From Candidatus Eiseniibacteriota bacterium (GTDB taxonomy: Bacteria; Eisenbacteria; RBG-16-71-46; JABDJR01): a DNA stretch of 64,000 nucleotides. Positions 9,583 to 20,092 of the stretch are shown in pieces (the first letter of the stretch is position 1; every line of letters begins with the position of its first letter). The translations under genes were made by a program, and so were the position numbers. The notes below the pieces were generated by a model, which did no database searches, was not told the DNA's origin, and saw only the letters and a list, made by a program, of their open reading frames with translations. The stretch spans positions 1-64,000 of the forward strand of contig CAVXKA010000001.1 in NCBI GenBank assembly GCA_963762255.1, given 5' to 3'.

Positions 9583-9694
9583 GTCCGGCCTGAGAGCACA
9601 CAGGGGCGCGCGACCGCAAGCCGGGCGCGCCCCTTCCAGCACCTGACACGGCGCCTCCGGCGCCTGACGTTCAATCCACCCCCGGGAGGGATCC

Positions 9695-11560
9695 ATGGCA
9701 GACAGCTACCACGCGTCCGTACACACCATGCTCGAGGAGTCCAGGGAGGCCGGCGAAAGCACGGCGTTCGACCGCATGGACGCCATGGGCACCCGCTGCA
9801 AGTTCTGCGAGCAGGGCATCCGCTGCTCACTGTGCTCTCAGGGCCCCTGCCGCATCACCGAGAAGGCGCCGCGCGGCGTCTGCGGCATCGACGCCGACGG
9901 CATGGCGATGCGCAACTTCCTCCTCCAGAACACGATGGGCACCGCCACCTACACCTACCACGCGACCGAGGTCATGAAGACCCTCGCGCAGGCCACCCCG
10001 GGCGGCACCTACGAGATCAAGGACTGGAGCAAGCTCGAGACGCTCGCCGGCGTCGTCGACGAGGCTGTGGAGCCGCGCGACACGCTGCCCAAGCGCGTCG
10101 CCGACGCGATCCTCGCCGAGTTCAATCGCGATCACCAGAGCCCCTCGCCGTTCGTGGAGAAGATGGCCCCGGCCAAGCGCGTCGCCAAGTGGAAGGAACT
10201 CGGCATCATGCCGGGCGGCGTCTTCCACGAGAACATGTTCGCCACCTCCAGCTGCCTCACGAACGTGGACGGCAACTACGTGAGCCTCGCCCTCAAGGGC
10301 CTGCGCCTCGGCATCGCCACCGCCTACGGCGCGCAGATACCGCTCGAGCTCGCCCAGGACGCGCTCTGGGGCACGCCGACGCCGCACCCCATCAAGGTCG
10401 ACCTCGGCATCATCGACCCCGAGTACGTCAACATCGTCGTCAACGGCCACGAGCCGATGGTCGGCGCGGCGCTGATCGCGGCCGCCCACGAGGCGGCCGC
10501 ACAGGACGCCGCCAAGGCCGCCGGCGCCAAGGGCCTGCGCATCGTCGGCTCCATCGAGACCGGCCAGGAGCTGGTCCAGCGCTTCGAGGTCGACGACGTC
10601 TTCGTCGGGCTCACCGGCAACTGGCTGACTGAGGAGCTGGCGGTCGCGACCGGCGGCCTCGACGTCTTCGCCGCCGACATGAACTGCGTCGTGCCGACCC
10701 TCGGCGCCACCTGCGCCGCGCACGGCACGCTGCTCGTGCCGGTCAGCGACCTGGTCGGCGTCGACGGCGCCGAGACGCCGATCGTCTTCGACGCGGCCAC
10801 CGCCGGCGACCAGGCGCAGCAGCTCATCGACCTCGCCGTCGCCAACTACCCCAAGCGCAAGGCGCTCGGCCAGGTCACCCCGGAGCTGCGCACCGGCGAC
10901 GCCGTCGCCGGCTTCAGCACCGAGAGCATCCTCGGCGCTCTCGGCGGCAGCCTCGACCCGCTGCTCGACGTCATCAAGAACGGCACGCTCAAGGGCGTCT
11001 GCGGCCTCGTGAGCTGCACCACCCTCCGCGACTCCGACCAGGACAGCCACACCGTCGCCATCGCCAAGGAGCTCATCAAGAACGACGTGCTCGTGCTGGC
11101 CATGGGCTGCGGCAACGCCGGCCTCCAGGTCGCCGGCCTCGAGACCGCCGAGGCCAAGAAGTACGCCGGCCCCGGCCTCACCGCCGTCTGCGAGCTGCTC
11201 GGCATCCCGCCGGTGCTCAGCTTCGGCACCTGCACCGACACCGGCCGCATCCTGCTGCTCGTCGGCGCCATCGCCGACGCTCTCGGCGTCGACACCTGCG
11301 ACCTGCCGGTCGTGGCGACCGCTCCCGAGTACATGGAGCAAAAGGCCACCATCGACGCCATGGCCGCGCTGGCCTTTGGCCTCTACACGCACGTGAACCC
11401 GGTGCCGTTCGTCACCGGCGCGCCGAACCTCGTGAAGCTCGTGACCCAGGACCTGCCGAGCGTGACCGGCGGCAAGCTGGCGGTCGAGACCGACGCCAAG
11501 GAAGCGGTCGCCGCCATGCTGGCGTGGATCGACGAAAAGCGCGCGGCCCTGGGGATCTGA
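9695..11560 (+). CDS. cooS: CODH/HCP superfamily protein: CooS fold with hybrid-cluster-like ligand set (CooS-V-like)
   Basis: CKFC..CSLCSQGPCRI..GVCG, NGHEP, GSIETGQE, DMNC, VSCTT, MGCG, FGTCTD, PEYMEQKA; intact 621-aa ORF. Confidence 0.9.
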   Translation: MADSYHASVHTMLEESREAGESTAFDRMDAMGTRCKFCEQGIRCSLCSQGPCRITEKAPRGVCGIDADGMAMRNFLLQNTMGTATYTYHATEVMKTLAQATPGGTYEIKDWSKLETLAGVVDEAVEPRDTLPKRVADAILAEFNRDHQSPSPFVEKMAPAKRVAKWKELGIMPGGVFHENMFATSSCLTNVDGNYVSLALKGLRLGIATAYGAQIPLELAQDALWGTPTPHPIKVDLGIIDPEYVNIVVNGHEPMVGAALIAAAHEAAAQDAAKAAGAKGLRIVGSIETGQELVQRFEVDDVFVGLTGNWLTEELAVATGGLDVFAADMNCVVPTLGATCAAHGTLLVPVSDLVGVDGAETPIVFDAATAGDQAQQLIDLAVANYPKRKALGQVTPELRTGDAVAGFSTESILGALGGSLDPLLDVIKNGTLKGVCGLVSCTTLRDSDQDSHTVAIAKELIKNDVLVLAMGCGNAGLQVAGLETAEAKKYAGPGLTAVCELLGIPPVLSFGTCTDTGRILLLVGAIADALGVDTCDLPVVATAPEYMEQKATIDAMAALAFGLYTHVNPVPFVTGAPNLVKLVTQDLPSVTGGKLAVETDAKEAVAAMLAWIDEKRAALGI

Positions 11561-11736
11561 CCAGGCTGAGCGCCCAGGCCAATCGAGCGGGGCAGCGAAG
11601 AAGCGCCGCTCCATAGACGCAAAGCGCGCGGGCCTGGGCATCTGACTCGCAGCGCCTGTGAAGACGGGACGGACGGACGTCCGCCCCGCGCACCGGGCAA
11701 GGCAAGCCGGCCAGCTGGCCGAAGCCCGATGTGACA

Positions 11737-11780
11737 GAGGACAGGGAGCGTACCCATACGCTCCCTGTCCTCATCTCTTC
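11737..11780. terminator. Hairpin terminator between convergent cooS and L,D-transpeptidase
   Basis: GAGGACAGGGAGCGTA-CCCA-TACGCTCCCTGTCCTC, perfect 16-bp stem. Confidence 0.7.
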
Positions 11781-11818
11781 GTGGCACAGCGGACGGCCGC
11801 CGGCCTCGCCGCCTCAGC

Positions 11819-12894
11819 TCACTGCACGTTCCAAACCGGCGTGCCGAGCGGCGCGTGGTCGTAGAGCCAGATGGCGTTCGCGTTGGCGAGCCGGGTGCAG
11901 CCGTGGGAGAAGTTGCGCGGGAACCGCTTGAGCAGCCACGGCTCGTTCGTCCCGTGGATGGCGCACGGCGGATGGTAGGACATGATCCGCGCGCCGTACG
12001 GCCCGCCCGGCCACATCCCTCTGGCGTAGATCTTGAAGTGGCCGAGCGGCGTGGGCAGAGCCGGCCTGCCCGGTGACGCAGGGGAACGAACGCACCTCGC
12101 GGCCGTAGGAGAAGAAGTGCAGCCGGTACTGCGAGATGTCGACGACGATGATGCCCTTCGCGCCGATGGGGACCGCGTAGGGGTTCGGCTCGACGACGAC
12201 CACCTTGCAGACGCGCGAACGGCCCTCCAGATGTCCGTCGTCGGCCGGCATGACGACGCGCAGGGGCAGCACGCCGACGCGATCGGTACGCCAGGTGAGC
12301 CGCGCGCGGGAGTCGGCGCCGAGCTGGAGGCTGCGCCACTCGGCCCACGCGCCGTCCTTCCACTGCTCCACCGTGACCGTCGCTCCCGGATGCGCCGGAC
12401 GGACGGTGACGGCGAGGGCGGCGCGGTCGCCGCGGTAGACCCGCGCCGCGGCGATGAAGGTCACGCGCGGGCGCACGGAGACGGTGACCTCGGCGGACGC
12501 GGGCAGCCACTGGGCGCCGTCGCCCGCGTACTCCACGCGATACGTGGTCGTCTCGCGGGGAAGGACGCGATAGATGGCGACGCCGAGCGCGTTGGTCACC
12601 AGCGGTCCGACGACGCGGAAGCCGGCGGCGCCGGCGACCTTGCGGCTGAGCTGCACCGTCGCGCCGGGGATGTCGGGGAGCCGCACGGTGAGCGTCACCG
12701 CGTCGCCGGCGGTGACCGTCCCGGCGTCGCGGTGATCGTCAGCGCCGGAGTCGCCGTGGGCGACGACGCCGGGTCGGCCACGACGGCCGGCGACGCGCCG
12801 GGCTCGTCGGCTGCCGCGACCGCGGCCGCCGAGAGCAGCGCAGCACGGCCGCAAGGAGCACCAGCATGGTGATCAGGTTCCGCCGTCTGCGCAT
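11819..12894 (-). CDS. Secreted L,D-transpeptidase (YkuD) with two Ig-like domains; frameshifted
   Basis: Signal MRRRRNLITMLVLLAAVL; IVVDISQYRL..FPCVTG..TPLG; AIHGTN..SHGCTRL. Confidence 0.85.
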
Positions 12895-13002
12895 CTTCAG
12901 CCCCCCGGGATCGACTGGGCGCATTCTCGCACAGGCGGCCGCCGAGCGGGAGGCAACTTCTCGCGCGATCGGGGCAGGGGCCCGGCGCGGGTCGGCGCGC
13001 TG

Positions 13003-14605
13003 CTAGCGGACCTGCAGGACGGTGCGCGTCAGGACCGAGCGGTGCCCGGCGACGTCCCAGGCGCGGGCGACGATCACGTAGTCCCCGCGCCGGCGGGGCG
13101 CCGCGAAGCGCCACGCGTCGCGCTCGTTGACGGCGCGCGCCGGGATCCGGAGCTCGCGCAGCGTGCGCCCGCGCGCGTCCCGCAGCCGCAGCTTGATCAC
13201 GGCGCTGCCGCCGGAGAACGCCGGGTCGGTGAGCGTGAAGTGGACGCGCGCGCCCGGCGCCGGGCGCGCCGACGCGGGCTCGAGGCGGACACGCGCGGCG
13301 CCGCGTCGTCCCCGCCGGCCGCCGCGTCGACGAACGCCTTGAGGCAGACATCGGACGACCCGAACCCGGACTTCGTCCGGAGGTCCTTCCAGACGACGCC
13401 GTCGCGGCTGATGAAGGACCGCCCGGTGGCCGGGCGCGGGTCCAGCAGCCTGGTCGGATGCTCGACAGGGATGGGCGTGCGCGTGCCCGGCGTCGTGAGG
13501 CGGACGGCGACGACGAAGTCGGCGCCCGTCGTGACCGCGACCGGCGTCGTCAGGGGCACGGTGTGATACCCGCCGACGTCGATCGTGCCGGCGCCGGCGA
13601 CCGGCGCCGCCGCGATCTCGGCGAGCGACGGCGCGACGCGGACCTCGTAGGTCGCGCCGGGCTTGGCCGTGTAGAAGCTCGCGGCGGTGACGCTGCCGTC
13701 GCCGCCGCTCGTGTACCGGGCGGCGAACCACGCCGTCGTGCTCCCGAAGCCGATGCTGCGCGACCAGCCGAGCGCGTCGTGCTGGTAGATGGCGTCGTGG
13801 TTCGCCTGCGGCCTCGACGCCGTCGAACACCGTGAGCGTCGTCCCGAACGAGCGGTCGTAGTAGGAGATCCAGAAGTAGCCGCCCTGCCCGTAGCTCGTG
13901 CCCCAGCTGTTCTTGATGAGGAACGCGCCGGGGCCGGGCGGCCGGCGCAGGAACCGCCCGGCCGGATACGCGTCGTCCCAGCCGACGACGCAGACGTGGT
14001 GGTCGAGGTCCGTGCCGCGCGAGTAGTACGCGCTGGTGGCGGCGTTGAAGCCGCTCTGCTCGTAGGCCATGGTCGCGTCCACGGCGCCGTAGCGCATCAC
14101 CGCCCACTTGATCGCGTCGTTCGCGCGCGGGCTGCCGTGCGGCGGCAGGAACAGGACCTCCTGCACGTGACGCACGGCGGGCAGGCCCTCCCGCGAGCGC
14201 CCCGGACGCGGATACGGGTCGTCGCGCTCCAGCACGGGGCCCTCCCAGCGCGCGACGTAGGCGGTCGAGATGGTGCTCGGGGCGCGCCCCTCGAAGCGCA
14301 GGCGCGAGCCCTGGAAGTCCGCCATGTGGTTCTCGGAGAGGTCGAGCCGGGAGCCCGGGCAGCAGGCAGGACTCGAGCGAGCCGATGGCGGCGAAGATCC
14401 AGCAGGTGCCGTAGTGGTTCTGCAGGCCGACGCGGGTGACGCGGCCGTGCGCCCGCAGGTCGTACTTCGCCGGGATAGGTGCGGCCGGTCCAGGGCGCGG
14501 CGGCGGCGGCCGCCGGCAGCGCCGCCGCGGCGGCGAGCAGCGCGCCGCACAGCGCCAGGAGCGCCGGCGCCGCACGCGACGCGAGTCCTCCGCTGCACCG
14601 CTCAT
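13003..14605 (-). CDS. Secreted C1A (papain-family) cysteine protease with lectin-like domain and basic C-terminal Ig-like domain; frameshifted
   Basis: YDLR..QNHYGTCWIFA, DLSENH, DHHVCVVGWDD, IKNSWG..GYFWISY, YQHDALGW, CLKAFV. Confidence 0.85.
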
Positions 14606-14701
14606 GCGCGAAGGATACACGCGACGAGCGCCGCGAGCTCCCGCGAGGCGCGCAGAGGCGCCCAGACGCATGTGACCTCGCGTCACAATCGACAAAAGGG
14701 A

Positions 14702-14730
14702 TTGCCTCTGTCGACGAAAGCGTGTAAAAT
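14702..14730 (+). promoter_or_regulatory. Sigma70-type promoter
   Basis: TTGCCT-N17-TAAAAT; palindrome TGTGAC-N5-GTCACA at 14671-14687 just upstream. Confidence 0.6.
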
Positions 14731-14838
14731 GCCCCGAATCGACGGCGCTGCCGGCGATCACCAGTTTCTCGGACGCGGCGACGGACCTGGCCGATCCCTC
14801 GGGATCGAGCCGGCGCCGGACACCGACTCCGGGCCTGA

Positions 14839-14880
14839 AAGCCGGGCCGGGACCTCAGGGTCCCGGCCCGGCTTCTCTTC
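14839..14880 (+). terminator. Intrinsic terminator about 100 nt after the promoter
   Basis: AAGCCGGGCCGGGACC-TCAG-GGTCCCGGCCCGGCTT then CTCTTC. Confidence 0.65.
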
Positions 14881-15050
14881 GTCCGCGGACCGTCTCCGCC
14901 GGCCAACCGTGCCGCCGCATGAGCACACCCGCAGCAGCTTCCCCTGTCGCCGGACCGCGCGCTCTGGCCCCCGCGGCCGCGAGGCTGCTACGGTGCCGTC
15001 AGGCGCCTCGCGGCGCCGCGGTCACGGGCAGGCTCCGGGGGGAGGGCTCG

Positions 15051-16903
15051 ATGTCGTCAGGGATCCGTCACACCAGGATGCGCCGCCGGCTGCTCGTGCT
15101 CGCGCTGGCCGGCGCGGCCGTGCTGCTCGCCGGCCTCGGCGGCGGCCTCGTCACGGCGCTGGCCGGCGACGTCGGCTTCGCCGTCGCCGGCCACCCCGGT
15201 CACCCTGCGCGTGGGCTGGGTCAACGAGCCCGACAACCTCAACCCCTTCATCGGCTACTCGACCTCGTCGTACCTCGTCTACCACCTCAACTACGACCAG
15301 CTGACCGGCTACAGGGCGGCCGACGTCACCCCCGACCCGGACCTCGCCGAGAGCTGGACCACCAGCGCCGACGGCCTGGAGTGGACCTTCAAGCTGCGGC
15401 AGGGCGTCACGTGGCAGGACGGCGAGCCGTTCACGTCCGCCGACGTCGTCTTCACCTACGACTACATCATCAAGAACGAGCTGGCCGCCTTCACCAGCTA
15501 CACCACCGGCATCACCAAGGTGGAGGCCGTCGACGACTACACGGTCAAGTTCACGACGGCCAAGCCCAAGGCGAACATGCTCGGGATGGTCGTGCCCATC
15601 GTGCCCGAGCACATCTGGAGCAAGGTCAGCCCCAAGGCGGCGGGGACGTCCTTCCAGAACAAGCCGCCGATCGTCGGCACCGGCCCGTTCCAGGTCGTGG
15701 AGTTCAAGAAGGGTGACTTCGTGCGCCATGGCCGCCAACAAGCAGTACTGGCGCGGCGCGCCCAAGATCGACGAGGTGATCTTCCAGTACTACACCAACG
15801 CCGGACAGCATGGTGCAGGACCTCAAGAGCGGCGCCATCGACGCCTGCTGGGGCGTGCCCGAGGCGCAGTTCAAGCCGCTGAGCCAGGAGCCGCGTCTCA
15901 CGGCGATCGACTACGTTGTCAAGGGCTTCGACGAGCTCGGCTACAACTGCTACACGGGGCCGAGCCTCGGCAACCCCGTGCTCAAGGACTGGAAGTTCCG
16001 CCAGGCGCTCAACTACGCGATCGACGTGCAGAAGCTCGTCTCGATCGCCTACAACGGCTACGCCACCGCCGGCAGCACGATCATGGTCCAGGGCTTCTAC
16101 AGCGACCCGGACTGGCACTGGACCCCGCCGGCGGACGAGGCGTACACCTACGACCCCGCCAAGGCGACGGCAGCTGCTGGCCGCCGCCGGCTACAAGACG
16201 AGCGGCGGCAAGCTCCTCGACAAGCAGGGCAAGCCGATCACGCTGCGGCTGTTCGCCTGCGAGGCGCCGCCGCAGGGCCAGAAGATCGGCAAGCTGCTCA
16301 CCGGCTGGCTCGAGGACATCGGCATCGACATCAAGTACTCGTACATGACCGAGGGCGCCATGAACGAGTACCTCTACAACGAGAAGGACGGCGTCTTCAC
16401 GCCCGACATGGACCTCTTCGTCTACAACTGGACGGGCGACGTCGACCCGGACTTCATCCTCTCGCTGTTCACCAAGGCGCAGATCGGCGACTGGAGCGAC
16501 TGCGCCTGGTGGACGCCGGAGTACGACAAGCTCTACACGCAGCAGTCGGAGACCATCGACCCGGCGGCGCGCAAGACGCTCATCGACCGCATGCAGCAGA
16601 TCGCCTACGAGCAGAGCCCCTACAGCGTGCTCGCGTATCCCAAGGGGCTCGAGGCCGTGAACACCTCCGAGTGGGAGGGCTGGGTGCAGTCGCCGGCGGA
16701 GACGGGCTCCGCGATCTACTCCGTCGACAACATCGACAGCTACCTCTACGTGCACCCCAAGACGGGGGCCGCCGCAGCCGCAGGCTCAGGCGGCGGCTCG
16801 AGCTCTACGACCGTGTACGTGGTCGTCGCGATCGCGGTCGTCGTCGTCGCCGGCGATCGCGCTCGTGCTGCTGCGGCGCGGCCGGCGGCAGGTCGAGGAG
16901 TAG
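15051..16903 (+). CDS. ABC peptide/nickel substrate-binding protein (family 5) with C-terminal TM anchor; frameshifted
   Basis: EPDNLNPF, PDLAESW..DGLEWTFKLRQGVTWQDGEPFTSADVVFT, VGTGPF, FRQALNYAID; hydrophobic tail followed by RRGRR. Confidence 0.85.
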
Positions 16904-16938
16904 GGCCGAGGCCGGGTCCCTCGACCCGGCCGGCCGCC

Positions 16939-17382
16939 TCAGACGTCGAGCAGCTCGAACCCGGTGGCCGGGTCGACGCGCCGCGTCGCCTCGCTGCCGG
17001 TGAGCTCGATGACCACGGCCTCGGCGACGACCCACGTCTTGACGCCGGTGCGGATGCAGCCGGCGGTCACCTGGTCGTCGCGGCCGAAGGCCGCGTGCAG
17101 GTGCAGCACCGGCCGGCCGCTCTCGTCCGGGAAGATCGTCCCGGCGCCGGCCATCTCGTGCACGTCGTGCAGCACGCGCTCCATGGGCACGACCGGACGC
17201 ACGTCGCCGTCCTCCGGACCGACGACGATGCGGCTGCCGCCGCCGGCGCCGCCGAGCAGGATGACGGCGGCGCGCGCGATGCCTTCGGCTCGCGCCGCCT
17301 CCTCGATGCACTCGTGCACCACGTCGCCGTCCTCCAGGCGGATGACGAGCACGCGGCCGAGCTGGGCTGAGCTGTACTTCAT
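16939..17382 (-). CDS. PPC/DUF296 domain protein
   Basis: GRVLVIRLEDGD..EMAGAGTI..PVLHLHAAFGR..AGC..AEAVVIEL. Confidence 0.85.
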   Translation of the reverse strand: MKYSSAQLGRVLVIRLEDGDVVHECIEEAARAEGIARAAVILLGGAGGGSRIVVGPEDGDVRPVVPMERVLHDVHEMAGAGTIFPDESGRPVLHLHAAFGRDDQVTAGCIRTGVKTWVVAEAVVIELTGSEATRRVDPATGFELLDV

Positions 17383-17482
17383 CTGAGGGCCTCCTGAGCC
17401 CGACACGGACGCTGCGAAGACGATATGATTAGCGCTCGCCGGCACGGGGCCGTCTGGCCGGTGGTCACCGAACGGGGGTCTC

Positions 17483-19926
17483 ATGGGCACGCACTCGGCA
17501 CGTTCACGCACGGCGCGCGGAAGGTGGTGGGGCCTCGTCCTCGCCGCGTTCGTCATCGTCCTCCTGGCCGCCGCGGCGCCGGCCTCGGCGGCGCCGCCGC
17601 CGACCTTGAGCCTCGACGGCCTGCAGGCCGAGCTCGACCGCGCACGGCGGCACCGTGGACGGCTTCATGAAGACGAGCATGTCGGGCACCTCGGTCACCA
17701 AGATCCCGGTCAAGATCCTCGCGATCGTCGACGGCTTCTACTGGGGCAAGCTCATCATGTTCGAGTCGACCGACCCGGCGATCACCGACATCGGCGGCAT
17801 CGCCGCCGGCATGAGCGGCAGCCCGGTCTACGTCAACGTCGACGGCACCGACCGCATCGTCGGCGCGGTGTCCTACGGCGACAGGTTCACGCTCCGCGGC
17901 ACCGGTCTCGCCACGCCGATAGAGTACATGACAGCGCTGCAGGATCAGTATCGGCGGCGGCGGCGGCGCAGCCCGCCACGGTGAAGCTCGACCGGCCCGT
18001 GGCGACCTCGGCCGGCGTCGTCAAGAAGCTCGTCCTCGGCACGGCCGACCGCCGCCGCGGCGGCCGACACCGCGGTCATGCACCCGCTCGCCGTGGCGCG
18101 CATCAGCGGCCTCTCGAGCGGCAGCACGGCCTACCGCAAGCTCGCGACGAAGCTCGAAGACAGCGGCCTGACCGTGCTCTCGGGCGAGGCGACGGCCGGC
18201 GCCGGCGCCACGCCGGCGCTCGCGGCCGGGCTCGCCCTGCGGCGTCGTCTTCTCGACCGGCCGCTACGCGATCAGCGTCCTGGGCACGACGACCTACGTC
18301 GACGGGGACACCGCCCTGCTCTTCGGTCACCCCGTTCTCGGCGGCTACGGCATGGACCTCGGACTCGGGCCCATCGAGGGCAGCCTCGTCGGAGCGACCG
18401 TCGACGCCGTGTGGCCGTCGACCTACACGCCCTACAAGATGATGACACCGGCCGACGCCAAGGGCGTGGCCGTCCAGGACCGGGCCGCCGGCATGGTGGC
18501 TCACCTCAGCGGCAGCGTGGCCACGTTCCCCGTGACGACGCACGGCTCGCTCGACGGCGGCGCCACCGTCACCGACGTCACCGACCTCGGCGACTGGTTC
18601 GCGACCACCGTACTACCCGGAGCTCGCCGACTCCTGGGGCGACTACCCCGGGATCACGACGTACACGGCGGCGGCGGGCCTCTACCACGCCCTCGACAGC
18701 GACCCGCTCGCGGGCAGCGCGACGACGACGACCACGGTCGTCGTCGAGCGACGGCGACCGACGACTACACGATCACGCGCGACAACATCTGGGACAACGA
18801 CGGCGACGACACCGGGCACGGGCCTCGCCGACGCGGCCGCCGGAGACGTGACGACCATCATGGCGAAGGTCCTCGACGACCCGTACGACGTGCGCGACGT
18901 GCGAGGTGAAGTCGGTGGACGTGACCGCCGACTTCTCGTCCACGCGCCGCTACGCCGGCATCGTCGACGCGACGATCTCGCGGGCCATCCGCGCGGGCGT
19001 CAACGAGGTCGACGTGACCTACTACCGCACCGGCTCGGCGGAGCCGCAGACCATGCACGCCACGCTGGACGTCCCGGCGGGCACCGACCTGAGCGGCTAC
19101 CTGATCGTGATGTCGGCGACCGACTGGAGCGAGTACTACAGCGACTACTTCTCCTCCGGGGAGAGGGGCGCGAGCGCCCCGCTGACGCTGGCGGAGACCA
19201 AGGAGCTCGTCGACGGGCTGCCGACCAACGGGGACGTCATCGTCGCCTACGTCCCCGATTCCTCTGATCCGACGAACGAGGACATGTACAGCGGCCCGAC
19301 GCCGGCGGCCGAGTCGATCGTGCCCGGCGACTGGGTGTTCAGCGGCGGCGTCGAGAAGCGAGACGGCGTCGGTGACGGTCGCAGGTCAGGGGCACAGGCT
19401 CGGCTGGGAACGCCCATCACGCCTCATGGGCTACCGTGCGTCGCGCGTCCAAGACGTGCCGGTGGCCATCTACTGCCAGGAGGCCGGCAAGCCCGAGCCG
19501 ACGGAGCCCACGGTCACCGTGACCGCGGACGACGCCGGACGGGATGGCGATGTTCGCCGCCATGCTGCCGGGCTTCAGGCACAACGTCCTGGTCACGGCC
19601 GAGGTCGGCGCGCTGTCCGCACGACTCGCTGCCGGGCGCCGACCAGGTCACCGTCAAGGTCCGCGGCGCGACGCGGCTGGCGGTGACGCGCCGCGGCGGC
19701 CGGCTGGTGCTCGATCGCGCGCGTCTCGCCGGCGGACGCCGACGGGCAAGGTCATCTTCCAGCGCCAGGTGCGCGGCCGCTGGATGGCCGCCGGCTCGCG
19801 CGACGATCGTCCGCGGGACCGCCCGGACGACCGTCTCCGGTGGCGGCGTCACCCGCGTCCGGGCGCGCTTCGGCGGCGGCTCCACGCAACGCCGCCGGCG
19901 GCTGGACGACCAGGACCGTCGAGTAG
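17483..19926 (+). CDS. Secreted SpoIVB/S55 peptidase-domain protein with C-terminal Ig-like domains; many frameshifts
   Basis: Signal peptide; GGIAAGMSGSPVY..IVGAVSYG..ATPIEYM; GTTTYVDG..LLFGHP; YKM..QDR. Confidence 0.75.
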
Positions 19927-20092
19927 GAGCTGAAGGCCGGCGGGCCGGGCATCAGCCCGGCCCGCCGGCCCAGCCATCTCCGTGCGTCGTCTCCGCGTCG
20001 TTCTCAGCCTCCCGCTCTCCACACGGCGCCGTCTCCACGGCGCCCGTTCTCCGCGGCCGCTCCCGTCCGTCAACCTTGCTAGACTCGAACGC

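Noticed and set aside
9695-11560. Evidence for CO oxidation or the Wood-Ljungdahl pathway
   Set aside because: Key Cys/His residues are substituted and there is no cooC, acsB or hydrogenase context.
11610-11660. c-di-GMP-I riboswitch (GACGCAAAGC)
   Set aside because: The GGCAAAC/GAAA stem and receptor are missing, and no gene lies downstream on that strand.
14671-14687. Canonical CRP box
   Set aside because: The TGTGA/TCACA spacer is 7 nt, not 6; kept only as an unassigned palindrome.
14750-14845. SAM-I or ykkC riboswitch
   Set aside because: Only fragmentary resemblance; AUC..GAG/GCAACC and CUAGGGUUCCG cores are absent.
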